The position numbers and the translations under genes were made by a program. This document shows, piece by piece, positions 1 to 9,973 of a DNA stretch of 64,000 bases. Where the stretch lies: IMG/VR virus record IMGVR_UViG_3300033141_006329, positions 124,001-188,000 of that record, one strand, 5' to 3'. The notes beneath the pieces were generated by a model. That model searched no databases. It saw only the letters and a program-made list of their open reading frames with translations, and was not told the DNA's origin. Every line of letters starts with the position of its first letter. Within the stretch, counting starts at the first letter, position 1.

Positions 1-1
1 A

Positions 2-1387
2 CTCAGTGAAGAAACTAACCGAATGGAAGAATCCGTAGTGACAATGAGCGAAGTAGATGTAACTCTTAAGGGACATGCAATGAATGAGTTTGGAAAAGTT
101 GTGGAAGAAAGTCAATCCATGAGAATAAGACCTACCATAATCGAAGATACAAATAGTGCAAGTACAATTCCCATAGAAAATGTAAGACTGATAATCCACG
201 ATCCCAGATATATAATAAAGTTACAATCCAATAGGTTCAAAATGTGTTTAGGATATTTAGTATTACCTAGACCTAGTGATGGCGGCGGATCAAATGGTAT
301 ACCAGGTGCAAGTTGCGGTAGTTCTACAGGATCTTCAGGGTTACAATTTTATGGATCACACAGTATGCGACCAATGACAGGTATAGATAGATTATATTCA
401 GAAATAATAACATCTATAAAGAAAAAGTTAGGAACCAAAGAATTATCGATTCAGAAAAAAGAAATATTGGATATGTTAACCAGAGTTGTTAAGGAATATG
501 ATGCTCAGGAAAATCTCCAATTTAATATAAGATATGTCCCACCAGAAAGAATGGAACATTTCAATATAGAAAGTAGAAGGTTTTTTCCATACGGTGAAGG
601 AATATTTTATAAATCCTCATTCTCAGCTAAATTATTGGCAGTATTTGAAACGGCATTGGTAATAAAAAGAGTATCTGACTCTAGTGATAAAAGGGTAATA
701 TATGTAGAATCCGGTTTACCCAGAAATGTAAGGAATCTGATCGAAGAACTTAAAGAGTCAATGCAGAAGAGGAAATTTAGTATGGATACTATGGGTAATA
801 TAAGTAGTGTTGTATCAATGATTACAAGCTATGAAACCTATTATATTCCTCAAAAACAAGGCAAGCGATATGTAGAGTTTGATCAAATCCCATCCAATAT
901 AAATATAAGAGATTTACATGACGAACTAAAAACCTTTAGAGATCAATTAATATCATCATTAGATGTACCACCTGCATTTGTTAATGTTGATGAAAATACA
1001 CCAAATAAGAATGCCCTATCACACGAGTCAATGTTATTCGCAAAAACTATTGTAGGATATCAAGATCAATTGTCAAGACCAGTGCAAGGCTTATTTTCAA
1101 AAATATATAAGCTGGTGCATGATCAGAAGATACCTTTAGGTATAAATATAACCTTCTTTCCTCCAAGGATGTTGGAAATAGAGAGGGATGCGGAACATAA
1201 TGAGACTGTAGTTAGATTAATCAATGCTTTAGCTGAAGTTGGTATTGATAAAGAATATCTCAAGAGGAAGTATTTATCTATTGACTGGGTCGAACATGAA
1301 GAATATAAGACTAAATCCGAATTAGAGAATAAAACAGAGGGTGAGAAGAAGGATGAAGAAGGTGGAGGTTTTGGTGGTGGATATTAA
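2..1387 (+). CDS. gp20: Portal (head vertex) protein, T4 gp20-like; 5' end lies outside the window
   Basis: Frame is open from the window edge; PYGEGI, ALVIKRV..S.DKRVIYVESG, ETYYIPQKQG and SSLDVPP motifs resemble T4-like portals; followed by scaffold and protease genes. Confidence 0.85.
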   Translation, partial: LSEETNRMEESVVTMSEVDVTLKGHAMNEFGKVVEESQSMRIRPTIIEDTNSASTIPIENVRLIIHDPRYIIKLQSNRFKMCLGYLVLPRPSDGGGSNGIPGASCGSSTGSSGLQFYGSHSMRPMTGIDRLYSEIITSIKKKLGTKELSIQKKEILDMLTRVVKEYDAQENLQFNIRYVPPERMEHFNIESRRFFPYGEGIFYKSSFSAKLLAVFETALVIKRVSDSSDKRVIYVESGLPRNVRNLIEELKESMQKRKFSMDTMGNISSVVSMITSYETYYIPQKQGKRYVEFDQIPSNINIRDLHDELKTFRDQLISSLDVPPAFVNVDENTPNKNALSHESMLFAKTIVGYQDQLSRPVQGLFSKIYKLVHDQKIPLGINITFFPPRMLEIERDAEHNETVVRLINALAEVGIDKEYLKRKYLSIDWVEHEEYKTKSELENKTEGEKKDEEGGGFGGGY

Positions 1388-1411
1388 CAGGAAACTACTG
1401 TTAAATAAGGC

Positions 1412-1426
1412 AGGACAAACTATAAA
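1412..1426 (+). promoter_or_regulatory. Putative late promoter motif AGGACAAACTATAAA
   Basis: One of 9 near-identical intergenic copies upstream of genes. Confidence 0.7.
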
Positions 1427-1444
1427 CAATAGAAGGAGAAATAA

Positions 1445-1897
1445 ATGAGACTTTACGATCTGTTGGAAGATATCCTGCTTTACACTGAACAGGAACAAGA
1501 AGATCCACCCGAAGAACAAGAGGCTCCAGATGAGGAAGCTCAAGCGGAACCTCCTGCAGAGGAATATGAAGAAGAACCCGCAGCGGGTGGGGATGAATTT
1601 GGAGAACCAGAAGTATCTCCTGAAGAAACAATCACAATCATAGATAAGGCATATAGACTTAAGAAGATATATTCGCGGCTAATAGCCCTATCTCGTATAT
1701 TAGATTATGAAACAGATCCTAAATTAGAGGAAATTAGAGATAAGACCTTGGAAGCTATAGACCTCTTTCATATCATCGTTTCAAATTTCGATAGTTTTAA
1801 GGATAAGTTAGACAATATAATAGATGGATTTTATAAATTTTTAGAGAAAGCGACAGAAGAGCTGGATAAATTAACGAAGGAAACGAAGGAAGAATAG
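1445..1897 (+). CDS. Acidic prohead core/scaffold-like protein
   Basis: Very acidic N-half with LLE motif; between portal and prohead protease; AGGAG RBS. Confidence 0.5.
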   Translation: MRLYDLLEDILLYTEQEQEDPPEEQEAPDEEAQAEPPAEEYEEEPAAGGDEFGEPEVSPEETITIIDKAYRLKKIYSRLIALSRILDYETDPKLEEIRDKTLEAIDLFHIIVSNFDSFKDKLDNIIDGFYKFLEKATEELDKLTKETKEE

Positions 1898-1906
1898 GAG
1901 AGAGAT

Positions 1907-2593
1907 ATGTATATAATTTCTGAAGCATCAAGTGTAAGAACAATTCCTAAGAAATTAAAATCACTGAAAGAAGGTAGAATCCGATTGAAAGTTGGTCTTC
2001 AAACAGGTGATGTTATTAATAGGAATAGAAGGAGATATAGTAAAGGTTTACTAGAGAACGGAGTTAAGAGTGTCAGCGAAAGAGTTAAAGAAGGTAGTTT
2101 TTTAGGCGAGTTGGACCATCCTACAGATAAGCAAAATCCATCACGCCAAATAACAATTTTATATAAGGAAGCATCTCACAAATTCTGCGAACTCGGATGG
2201 GAGGGCAATAAGCTCGTTTCGGTTATAGAGACTTTAAGAACCCCAAATGGAACCATTCTTAAAAATTTAGCAGAAGATGGTGTACCAGTAGGCTTCTCTT
2301 TTCGGGGGATGGGGGATTTACGACAATGCCACGAAGGAGGCAAGACCTTCTATGAAGTACAAGGACCTTTACATGTAATAACCTGGGATGCTGTATCTTA
2401 CCCTTCACACGATGGAGCGCGTCTAATAGAAATTACAGAAGGTGTAACAAAAATGATATATGAATCTACAGGATTGACGGAATCCGCCGATGGGATGATT
2501 TGTACAGAAGAAGGTCATTGTTATTTTCCCAATGATTTTGACAAACTTGTAGAACAACGAATATTTAGATTAACGAATAAATTTCAAATTTAA
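1907..2593 (+). CDS. gp21: Prohead protease, T4 gp21-like
   Basis: NRNRRRY, GELDHP, ASH, TPNG.IL, GFSFRGMG and WDAVSYPS motifs. Confidence 0.92.
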   Translation: MYIISEASSVRTIPKKLKSLKEGRIRLKVGLQTGDVINRNRRRYSKGLLENGVKSVSERVKEGSFLGELDHPTDKQNPSRQITILYKEASHKFCELGWEGNKLVSVIETLRTPNGTILKNLAEDGVPVGFSFRGMGDLRQCHEGGKTFYEVQGPLHVITWDAVSYPSHDGARLIEITEGVTKMIYESTGLTESADGMICTEEGHCYFPNDFDKLVEQRIFRLTNKFQI

Positions 2594-2612
2594 GGAAAGG
2601 AGGAAATAAATT

Positions 2613-3170
2613 ATGGCTATAACTGCACCAGTACAAGAACGAGCTGTAGACCCTTATAGTTCAAATAGATATTCATCAATAATCAACAGGCTATCTAGAA
2701 TAGTTACTAGTGGGAGCGATGTGATCCTTTATCCTTTTCAATCATTCCAGTTAACACGTTTGAGTGATACAGAGATTAGCGTGGGTCCAGGAATGTGTAT
2801 TAAGGATGATGTATTGATACATATAAAGGAAACATTTGCTTTGGATTTTGAAGACAATGCTCATTATATAGATGATGATTATGCTATGGATTCTGCTGGA
2901 TATTACTATATGGTTTTACAATATTACTATGCGAGATCTTTACCTGCTCCTCGTGCATGGATTAAGATAATTAGAGATACAGCTGGATTATATAGAGCAG
3001 ACAATAAATCTGATAGTTATATTTTCTTAGGAGCTGCAAAAATAGTAGATGATGGTGGATATAAATTGGAAGATCCCGATTGTTTATATTATTCAGATCC
3101 TGACTATCCCTCTGTGATAAGATCTACCCAAAGTGGAAATTGGACATATGTTGATGGGGGGACATTATAA
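2613..3170 (+). CDS. Putative virion structural protein (paralogue of next gene)
   Basis: Shares G.C.I..V.I.IK, Y.FLG and terminal DGG with 3170..3799; late operon. Confidence 0.5.
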   Translation: MAITAPVQERAVDPYSSNRYSSIINRLSRIVTSGSDVILYPFQSFQLTRLSDTEISVGPGMCIKDDVLIHIKETFALDFEDNAHYIDDDYAMDSAGYYYMVLQYYYARSLPAPRAWIKIIRDTAGLYRADNKSDSYIFLGAAKIVDDGGYKLEDPDCLYYSDPDYPSVIRSTQSGNWTYVDGGTL

Positions 3171-3799
3171 TGTCAGAGAGAACTATAACATTGCCACCCA
3201 CAGAACAATATTCTATTATAGAGACCTTTAGTGCAAACACTGCTGATATAATAAACCAAGCAATAATTCATATGGTAGGAAATCCTCCAGTGACAGGTAG
3301 CAACTCTATATATGGAGATGTTTATGACCTAACAGAAGATATTGAATATAACCCCTGTGTATTACCAGACTCATTTATAATTACAAAAACAAGTTCCACA
3401 ATTTTGACAGTGGGATTAGGAGAATGTTTTATCAATGGTGTATATATTAAAATTAAAGCTGAAAAGTCATTATCTGCAAATAGTGCGGATTCATATATAG
3501 ATGGAGCAGTAGCACACTCTGGAGATATATATGTCGTCGTAAAATATGATCCTACAGAGATTGCACCGAATGCATATGTTGGCCTCATTAAAAAAGCTAC
3601 ATATGTTGCATTGTCAGATTCAGATAAAAAGAAATATTTGTTTCTAGGATCTTTAGATGCAACTTATATATCATCAACAGTGAGTGATATTATAACATAT
3701 TATTATGATGTAGATGATGATACACAAACCAGAAGTTACCCCCATAATTTTTTAGATGGTGGTTGGCTTGATTTGCCACCAGATCTATGGCACCCATAG
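3170..3799 (+). CDS. Putative virion structural protein
   Basis: Paralogue of 2613..3170; TAATG coupling. Confidence 0.5.
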   Translation: MSERTITLPPTEQYSIIETFSANTADIINQAIIHMVGNPPVTGSNSIYGDVYDLTEDIEYNPCVLPDSFIITKTSSTILTVGLGECFINGVYIKIKAEKSLSANSADSYIDGAVAHSGDIYVVVKYDPTEIAPNAYVGLIKKATYVALSDSDKKKYLFLGSLDATYISSTVSDIITYYYDVDDDTQTRSYPHNFLDGGWLDLPPDLWHP

Positions 3800-3810
3800 G
3801 AGAAGATAGT

Positions 3811-4512
3811 ATGGAAGGTATAAATATGGAGAGATTGAAGGATATGCAGGAAATATGGAGAGAAGCACTTGATATGATATGGGAGGAAGGTCTGGAACAA
3901 GTCAATATCAACAAAAGTGGAAGACACGGTAGTTATAAAGGAACGCCATTTCATCATTGGACTTGGAATCTCTATCATCCTGATGATCCTAAAATATTAG
4001 GTGATAGTATGCATATTCATCATAAAGATTTGAATCATTTAAATGACCATATATCTAATCTTCAAAAAATGACTAGTGCCGAACATACGAGCTTACATAT
4101 GACCGGCCATTGCCCATCAAAAGAAACCAGACAAAAAAGGTCTGAATCACAAATGGGTGAAAAAAATCACATGTACGGGCGTATAGGTAAGGATAATCCT
4201 CGAACTAATACACATCATACAATTGAATCTAAGCTATTAATGTCACAAAATAAAAAAGGTAAGTGCTGCGGAAAAGATAACCCCTTTTATAATAAACATC
4301 ACACGATAGAAAGTAGACAAGCAATGTCTATTAATCGTACTGACGTTTCGGGTAAAAATAATCCTAATGCAAAGGCTGTAGTGGCGGAATATAAAGAATA
4401 TTCCACTATGAAATCGGCTGGTGAGGCTTTAAACGTGAGTCCAGATACCATAAATCATCGCATCAAAACAAACAAACCAGGATATTCATATATTCCTAAA
4501 AACAAAAACTAA
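3811..4512 (+). CDS. HNH homing endonuclease with NUMOD3-like repeats
   Basis: HIHHKDLNHLNDHISNL...EH..LH HNH motif; GKDNPFYNKHHT repeats; start chosen from GGAG RBS. Confidence 0.85.
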   Translation: MEGINMERLKDMQEIWREALDMIWEEGLEQVNINKSGRHGSYKGTPFHHWTWNLYHPDDPKILGDSMHIHHKDLNHLNDHISNLQKMTSAEHTSLHMTGHCPSKETRQKRSESQMGEKNHMYGRIGKDNPRTNTHHTIESKLLMSQNKKGKCCGKDNPFYNKHHTIESRQAMSINRTDVSGKNNPNAKAVVAEYKEYSTMKSAGEALNVSPDTINHRIKTNKPGYSYIPKNKN

Positions 4513-4533
4513 CTCAAATAAAGGAGAACAAAT

Positions 4534-7500
4534 ATGTCAACAAAAATAAAGTTAAAACGCGGTACTAATGCTGCTGTTCTTGCATATACAGCTGATATTG
4601 GTGAGCCCATCTTGGATACAGACAATATGCAAGTCAGAATAGGAGATGGCTCCACGCCAGGTGGTATACTTCTCAGTAAATCTGATTCGCTATATCAAGT
4701 AGAAAAGAATGCAGAGCAGATGAGAGCAATTACACCTTCTGGATTTTTACCACCTCATCAAAATGCTGAGGATGCTGTAGGATTAGTAAATACTACTACT
4801 GTATTATACACTGCTACAACAGCAAGATCAACTGGGATACCTTCCCTATTAACCAAAGCTAATGCATCTGTAGTCTCAGATGATAGTAATAAATTCTATC
4901 TCCACAATGCTCCTCAGAAAGTGAATGTGAACGGATATTCTATAGTTTTGGAAAATCAACCATCAAAATATTGTAATAATATAATAGAGCTTCCTGCTGC
5001 TCCTTCCTCAGGTACACGTCAAGATCTCATCATACTAGAGGTTTGGAAGGAAATGGTCACCCCAGGCGCTTCTGATGATGCATTTTTACCTTATGGATCA
5101 GTAAATTACGATCCCAAGAATTATGAAAGTACTTATGATTCCTGCACTCTATTCTCAACAGTTCAAACAGGCGGAAATTGGCCCTTATATTTAGCAGGTA
5201 CTTATGGCAACCCCTCAGAAGATTCCTCCTATCATGGAAAATATGTGAAGGCTAATGATGCAAACATAGCAACTTTCATAGCTAATCCAGAAAATAATGT
5301 AGGAATAACAGATGATGGTAAGTTCTTTCAAATTAGGTGGAGAATTGCTACATTAGAGAATATAAATCCTGATAGGGCAATCCCTACGGGTACCCAGTGG
5401 GTATTTAATGATAATAATGGTGATAATTTTAGACCTCAAGGCCAAAAAGCCTCAAGACCAATATCTGGTTCTTCAACAGGTACTGATGGTGTATTGGGTG
5501 TGCAGCTAGGAGGATATGCAGTTAATTCTACTATTTTAGATTCTGGGTTGTATCTTGGTGGTAAATATACCAATGGCAATACACCTCTGACTGCTATATC
5601 TGGTGTTTCCTTAGATGGCTTTACTTATAATATCCCAATCTGCGCAGTCCATCGTAGAAACTCAACTGCCTATTCTCTCTCAAATCCAAACGGAGCAGGA
5701 TCAATAGCTTCTGGTATATCTGGTAGACCTGACGATAAATATTATGATGAAGTTAATAAAGATGATATACTCGATTTAAGACATAGAGTAAGCCCTAATG
5801 GATTTGATGTGAAGGCTTTACATGAAGAGACTCAGCAACAATTATTGAAGAGTGATTTGACAACTAACTGGGAAAATTTGAATTCAGATCCTGGTGGATA
5901 TGCAGTTTATTCTGATAGTGATGTGTATGGTACTAAGATATTAAGAAGTGAGGGTGTAACGGGCGAAGATAAAGTGCTCGGTGATAGTATGTTCGGAACT
6001 ACTGGAAGTGAATTAGTTACTAATGGTGATTTTACAACTGATTATTCTGGATGGACTGACGGTTCTAGTGGGTCAGGATCAGTATCAGTTATTTCTAGTC
6101 AATTAAATATTACTGGAATAGATACTAATAATAGAGGAATAGCTAAACAAAGTGTTTCTGTTACGATAGGTAAATTATATAAAGTGTCTATAGATATAAT
6201 TAATGCTGGGGTTGATGCAAGAGTAAATATGGGATCTATAAATGGTGCTTATGATTATGCTCAATTTGACTGTAAAGGAACATATAATTCTTTATTCAAA
6301 GCAACAACAAGCACTGCTTATATATATGTGTCTGAATTAGGTAATGGAACTATGATTGTAGATAATGTTTCACTTTATGAAATCGATGCAGGAACTGAAG
6401 CTGCTTTCACACAAATAGATGAAACCAACAATTCTGTACCAGCTCGTCTTGACGGTCTTCGTAATTATTTTTCTGATCGTCCAGGTGAACAAGTTATATA
6501 CGGAGTTGTAGAAGATACTTCTAATGCTGCTGAAAATCCAAACCCACAAGGATTCTTTGATTTTGGCACACCAGCAACGGGAAATATGTGGAGTTTAAGT
6601 AAGGCTCAGATGGTTATAGATATAGGTGATGAAGGCACCTATGATGTATCACATGCCTCTGCCCCATCAGTAATTCTTGATGGTAGTACTTATAAATGTT
6701 GGTATTCAGGATATGGTGTAGGTGCTTATAGAACTATTTATGCCGAAGGACCAGATGGTATAAATTGGTCAAATCATGAAATGGTTATAGATAAAGATGT
6801 GGAAGGCACTTATGATACATCATATGCCTATCAACCATCAGTAATTCTTGATGGTAGTACTTATAAATGTTGGTATACTGGATATGATGGAAGTACTTAT
6901 AGAATTCTTTATGCTGAAGGACCAGATGGTATAAATTGGTCAAATCATGAGATGGTAATAGATAAAGATGTGGAAGGCACTTATGATACATCACATGCCT
7001 ATACACCATCAGTAATTCTTGATGGTGGTACTTATAAAATGTGGTATGCTGGATTTGATGGAAGTAATAATAGAATTATTTATTGTGAAGGTACAGATGG
7101 TATAAATTGGTCAAATCATGAAATGGTTATAGATAAAGATGTGGAAGGAACTTATGATACATCATATGCCTATTCTCCATCAGTAATTAAAGATGGCAGC
7201 ACTTATAAATGTTGGTATGCTGGATTAACTGGAAGTAATTTTAGAACTCTTTATTGTGAAGGACCAGATGGCATAAACTGGTCAAATCATGAGATTGTTA
7301 TAGATATAGGGACGGAAGGTACTTATGATACAGTACGTGTCTATTCTCCATCAGTAATTCTTGATGGTAGTACTTATAAATGTTGGTATTCTGGATATGA
7401 TGGAAGTAATTATAGAATAATCTACAATGAAGCCTGCTATGGCGTCCGTCTAGATTCCCGTTCACTAAATGCCGCTGGTACTAGGCAGGATTTAGAAACA

Positions 7501-9810
7501 GATAGACCTCATTTCTCTGGAAGAACTCCTGACATATATTGGTCAGATGATGTTAATAATTCTGATTATGCTGGTAAGGGCTGTAAAGCTGATGTGAACT
7601 GGTGGACAGATGGTAGCCTGACTATGACGGGGGATATGTTGTATGGTGAAGTTTTGGAGCCTACATGGACTAAACTTACAATCAATGCAGCTTCCAGTTT
7701 AGTAGCTGGTGATACATATACTGTTGATGCTGTAGTATGTACTGTTAAATGTTGGAATACTGCTAAAACAATCTTATGGGTAACTTATGCTGGATCAACT
7801 ATTGTAGATACTACAGGTGCATCCTCTGCTCATACAGGAAGTGGTGATGCTTCTATAACTGTAACAGCAATAGTAACAGGAGAAGGTAATCTTGATATGA
7901 GTGGCAATGCCGTTTCTGGTGTTACTGATTTGGCTGGTAGTTATGTCGGAGAAGGTGAAGATCTTCATGCTGGCAAATCCCTCCTCATGAATGCTTATGT
8001 CGAATATAATGCAGGTTCTGGATTTCTAACTCGTGTTCCTTATGATGATCATACCACTACATATCCTGACGGTAGAGAAAGCATAAAAGCATGTCAATTT
8101 TATATTGATGGTACACAAGTATTACCAAATGATGGTATTGATTTTCAACCATTTGGAACACCAATAGATCCTACCACTGACGATGCTGGTGAGCCGGATA
8201 CACATTGTAAGAGTACTGGACTTATGGGATTTGTTAAGAGAGGTGCTGTGATTGATATAGGTGCGGAAGGCACTTATGATACATCACATGCCTATCAACC
8301 ATCAGTAATTCTTGATAGTGGTACTTATAAATGTTGGTATGCTGGATATGGTGCAAGCGCTTATAGGATTCTTTATGCTGAAGGACCAGATGGTATAAAT
8401 TGGTCAAACCATGAGATGGTAATAGATAAAGATGTGGAAGGCACTTATGATATATCACATGCCTATACGCCATCAGTAATTCTTGATGGTAGTACTTATA
8501 AATGTTGGTATTCAGGACATGATGGAAGTAATTATAGAACTCTTTATTGTGAAGGACCAGATGGCATAAACTGGTCAAATCATCAATTGAGTATAAATAT
8601 AGGCGATGAAGGAACTTATGATACAGGACGTGCCTATTATCCATCAGTAATTCTTGATGGTAGTACTTATAAATGTTGGTATACTGGATTTGATGGATCT
8701 TATCTTAGAATTATATATTGCGATAGTGCAGATGGTATAACTTGGACAAATCATCAAATGGTTATAGATAAAGATGTGGAAGGTACATATGATACATCAC
8801 ATGCCTATCAACATTCAGTAATTCTGGATGGTAGTACTTATAAAATGTGGTATGCTGGAGAGGCGTCAGGTATTAATAGAGTTCTTTATGCTACATCTAC
8901 AGATGGTAAGAACTGGGCTAAACCTGTATTATTTATGGATATAGGAACAGAAGGTAATCAAGATAGTGTAGATTTATCGAAAGTAAGTATAATAAAAGAT
9001 GATGCTGCATATAAGGTGTGGTATACTGGGTTTAGTGGCTCTTATTTGAGAATATTCCACTCAGTTCTCACTATGACAGATCCTGCCAATACTGGTTCCT
9101 CCACTACTGGTGTGTATTCTACTACTGGAAATATGAATTTTGCTCCAGGTAAAGATGACTCGGTATTAATTCAATATGAGCATCGTGCATTGCAATTTGA
9201 TACAAGTAGATTGGGTGGAAGTGATCCTTCTCATACCCTGACTTATACATTGAAGTATTTACCTGATACTGCTATGGTGACTACGTTGGGAACTGGTGGT
9301 AAACCAGCGGATAATACATACTATGAAGATTATAGAGATTTTACTAACGAAATTGGTTATACAGCTTATAGCGACTATATGCTTACAGGTGTAGAATTAG
9401 AGATGGACCCACAAGGTGGTAATATTGAATTTAGTTCAGCATCTTTTGATAAACCTTGGCTCACTCTCGATACACATGTCCCATATAAATTTTCTAAATA
9501 TTATGGAAGGAGCAGTTATTCATATAAAAGCTTAGAAGGGGATTATATAAGTCTGAGTAGTCTTGATATGTATAGCTTTAATGGATTATCAACTTTGGTA
9601 ACTGATATATATTATCCAGCATTTGGAAGTTTAGGCATGTTGCCACCAGTCGCAATAGCTGGTTGTGTTATTATGTTACCAGGTATAGGTGAAAAAAATA
9701 AGGAGTTATTTATTATTATGGGACTGAATCTATACGGGAATATAACAGAGACAACTAATGTAAGCTCTGTTACAATGTACAATCTAATAGGCAGACCTGT
9801 AACAAAATAG
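4534..9810 (+). CDS. Large tail fibre / receptor-binding protein with CBM-like domain and two 5-bladed beta-propellers
   Basis: N-terminal KIKLKRG...GEP..DTD...IGDG (Mtd_N-like); ELVTNGDF..W CBM-like segment; 57-aa repeats PSVILDGSTYKCWY.G...I.Y.EG.DGINW. Confidence 0.75.
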   Translation: MSTKIKLKRGTNAAVLAYTADIGEPILDTDNMQVRIGDGSTPGGILLSKSDSLYQVEKNAEQMRAITPSGFLPPHQNAEDAVGLVNTTTVLYTATTARSTGIPSLLTKANASVVSDDSNKFYLHNAPQKVNVNGYSIVLENQPSKYCNNIIELPAAPSSGTRQDLIILEVWKEMVTPGASDDAFLPYGSVNYDPKNYESTYDSCTLFSTVQTGGNWPLYLAGTYGNPSEDSSYHGKYVKANDANIATFIANPENNVGITDDGKFFQIRWRIATLENINPDRAIPTGTQWVFNDNNGDNFRPQGQKASRPISGSSTGTDGVLGVQLGGYAVNSTILDSGLYLGGKYTNGNTPLTAISGVSLDGFTYNIPICAVHRRNSTAYSLSNPNGAGSIASGISGRPDDKYYDEVNKDDILDLRHRVSPNGFDVKALHEETQQQLLKSDLTTNWENLNSDPGGYAVYSDSDVYGTKILRSEGVTGEDKVLGDSMFGTTGSELVTNGDFTTDYSGWTDGSSGSGSVSVISSQLNITGIDTNNRGIAKQSVSVTIGKLYKVSIDIINAGVDARVNMGSINGAYDYAQFDCKGTYNSLFKATTSTAYIYVSELGNGTMIVDNVSLYEIDAGTEAAFTQIDETNNSVPARLDGLRNYFSDRPGEQVIYGVVEDTSNAAENPNPQGFFDFGTPATGNMWSLSKAQMVIDIGDEGTYDVSHASAPSVILDGSTYKCWYSGYGVGAYRTIYAEGPDGINWSNHEMVIDKDVEGTYDTSYAYQPSVILDGSTYKCWYTGYDGSTYRILYAEGPDGINWSNHEMVIDKDVEGTYDTSHAYTPSVILDGGTYKMWYAGFDGSNNRIIYCEGTDGINWSNHEMVIDKDVEGTYDTSYAYSPSVIKDGSTYKCWYAGLTGSNFRTLYCEGPDGINWSNHEIVIDIGTEGTYDTVRVYSPSVILDGSTYKCWYSGYDGSNYRIIYNEACYGVRLDSRSLNAAGTRQDLETDRPHFSGRTPDIYWSDDVNNSDYAGKGCKADVNWWTDGSLTMTGDMLYGEVLEPTWTKLTINAASSLVAGDTYTVDAVVCTVKCWNTAKTILWVTYAGSTIVDTTGASSAHTGSGDASITVTAIVTGEGNLDMSGNAVSGVTDLAGSYVGEGEDLHAGKSLLMNAYVEYNAGSGFLTRVPYDDHTTTYPDGRESIKACQFYIDGTQVLPNDGIDFQPFGTPIDPTTDDAGEPDTHCKSTGLMGFVKRGAVIDIGAEGTYDTSHAYQPSVILDSGTYKCWYAGYGASAYRILYAEGPDGINWSNHEMVIDKDVEGTYDISHAYTPSVILDGSTYKCWYSGHDGSNYRTLYCEGPDGINWSNHQLSINIGDEGTYDTGRAYYPSVILDGSTYKCWYTGFDGSYLRIIYCDSADGITWTNHQMVIDKDVEGTYDTSHAYQHSVILDGSTYKMWYAGEASGINRVLYATSTDGKNWAKPVLFMDIGTEGNQDSVDLSKVSIIKDDAAYKVWYTGFSGSYLRIFHSVLTMTDPANTGSSTTGVYSTTGNMNFAPGKDDSVLIQYEHRALQFDTSRLGGSDPSHTLTYTLKYLPDTAMVTTLGTGGKPADNTYYEDYRDFTNEIGYTAYSDYMLTGVELEMDPQGGNIEFSSASFDKPWLTLDTHVPYKFSKYYGRSSYSYKSLEGDYISLSSLDMYSFNGLSTLVTDIYYPAFGSLGMLPPVAIAGCVIMLPGIGEKNKELFIIMGLNLYGNITETTNVSSVTMYNLIGRPVTK
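6610..7424 (+). repeat. Five tandem 171-bp coding repeats (propeller 1)
   Basis: Units start at 6610, 6781, 6952, 7123, 7294. Confidence 0.9.
8245..9060 (+). repeat. Five tandem ~171-bp coding repeats (propeller 2, last unit diverged)
   Basis: Units start at 8245, 8416, 8587, 8758, ~8929. Confidence 0.88.
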
Positions 9811-9822
9811 TAACAATTTTTT

Positions 9823-9850
9823 TGGGAGGAGTTCTTCTGGACTTCTCCCA
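9823..9850 (+). terminator. Hairpin after fibre gene
   Basis: TGGGAGGAGT/ACTTCTCCCA stem; weak U tract. Confidence 0.4.
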
Positions 9851-9913
9851 TTATTATAGGAACCCTAATTCTATGGCTGGATTATTTGGAAGGGATTAGG
9901 GGGTAGGTAAATA

Positions 9914-9950
9914 AATGGACGAACTCTGAATTATCAGAGTGGAAATTAAC
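9914..9950 (+). promoter_or_regulatory. Motif AATGGACGA-hairpin-GGAAATTAAC, copy 1
   Basis: Stem ACTCTGA/TCAGAGT; flanks identical to 10843-10875. Confidence 0.5.
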
Positions 9951-9973
9951 AATTTTATTTAAGGGAGAAGGAA

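Noticed and set aside
1412-1426. Archaeal BRE-TATA reading of the motif (archaeal virus)
   Set aside because: TATA part is variable while AGGACAAA is fixed; peptidoglycan peptidase and holin-like genes point to a bacterial host, though host is not proven
6610-9060. Diversity-generating retroelement TR/VR pair or CRISPR array
   Set aside because: Repeats are in-frame coding blades without spacers, differences are not adenine-restricted, and no reverse transcriptase is in the window
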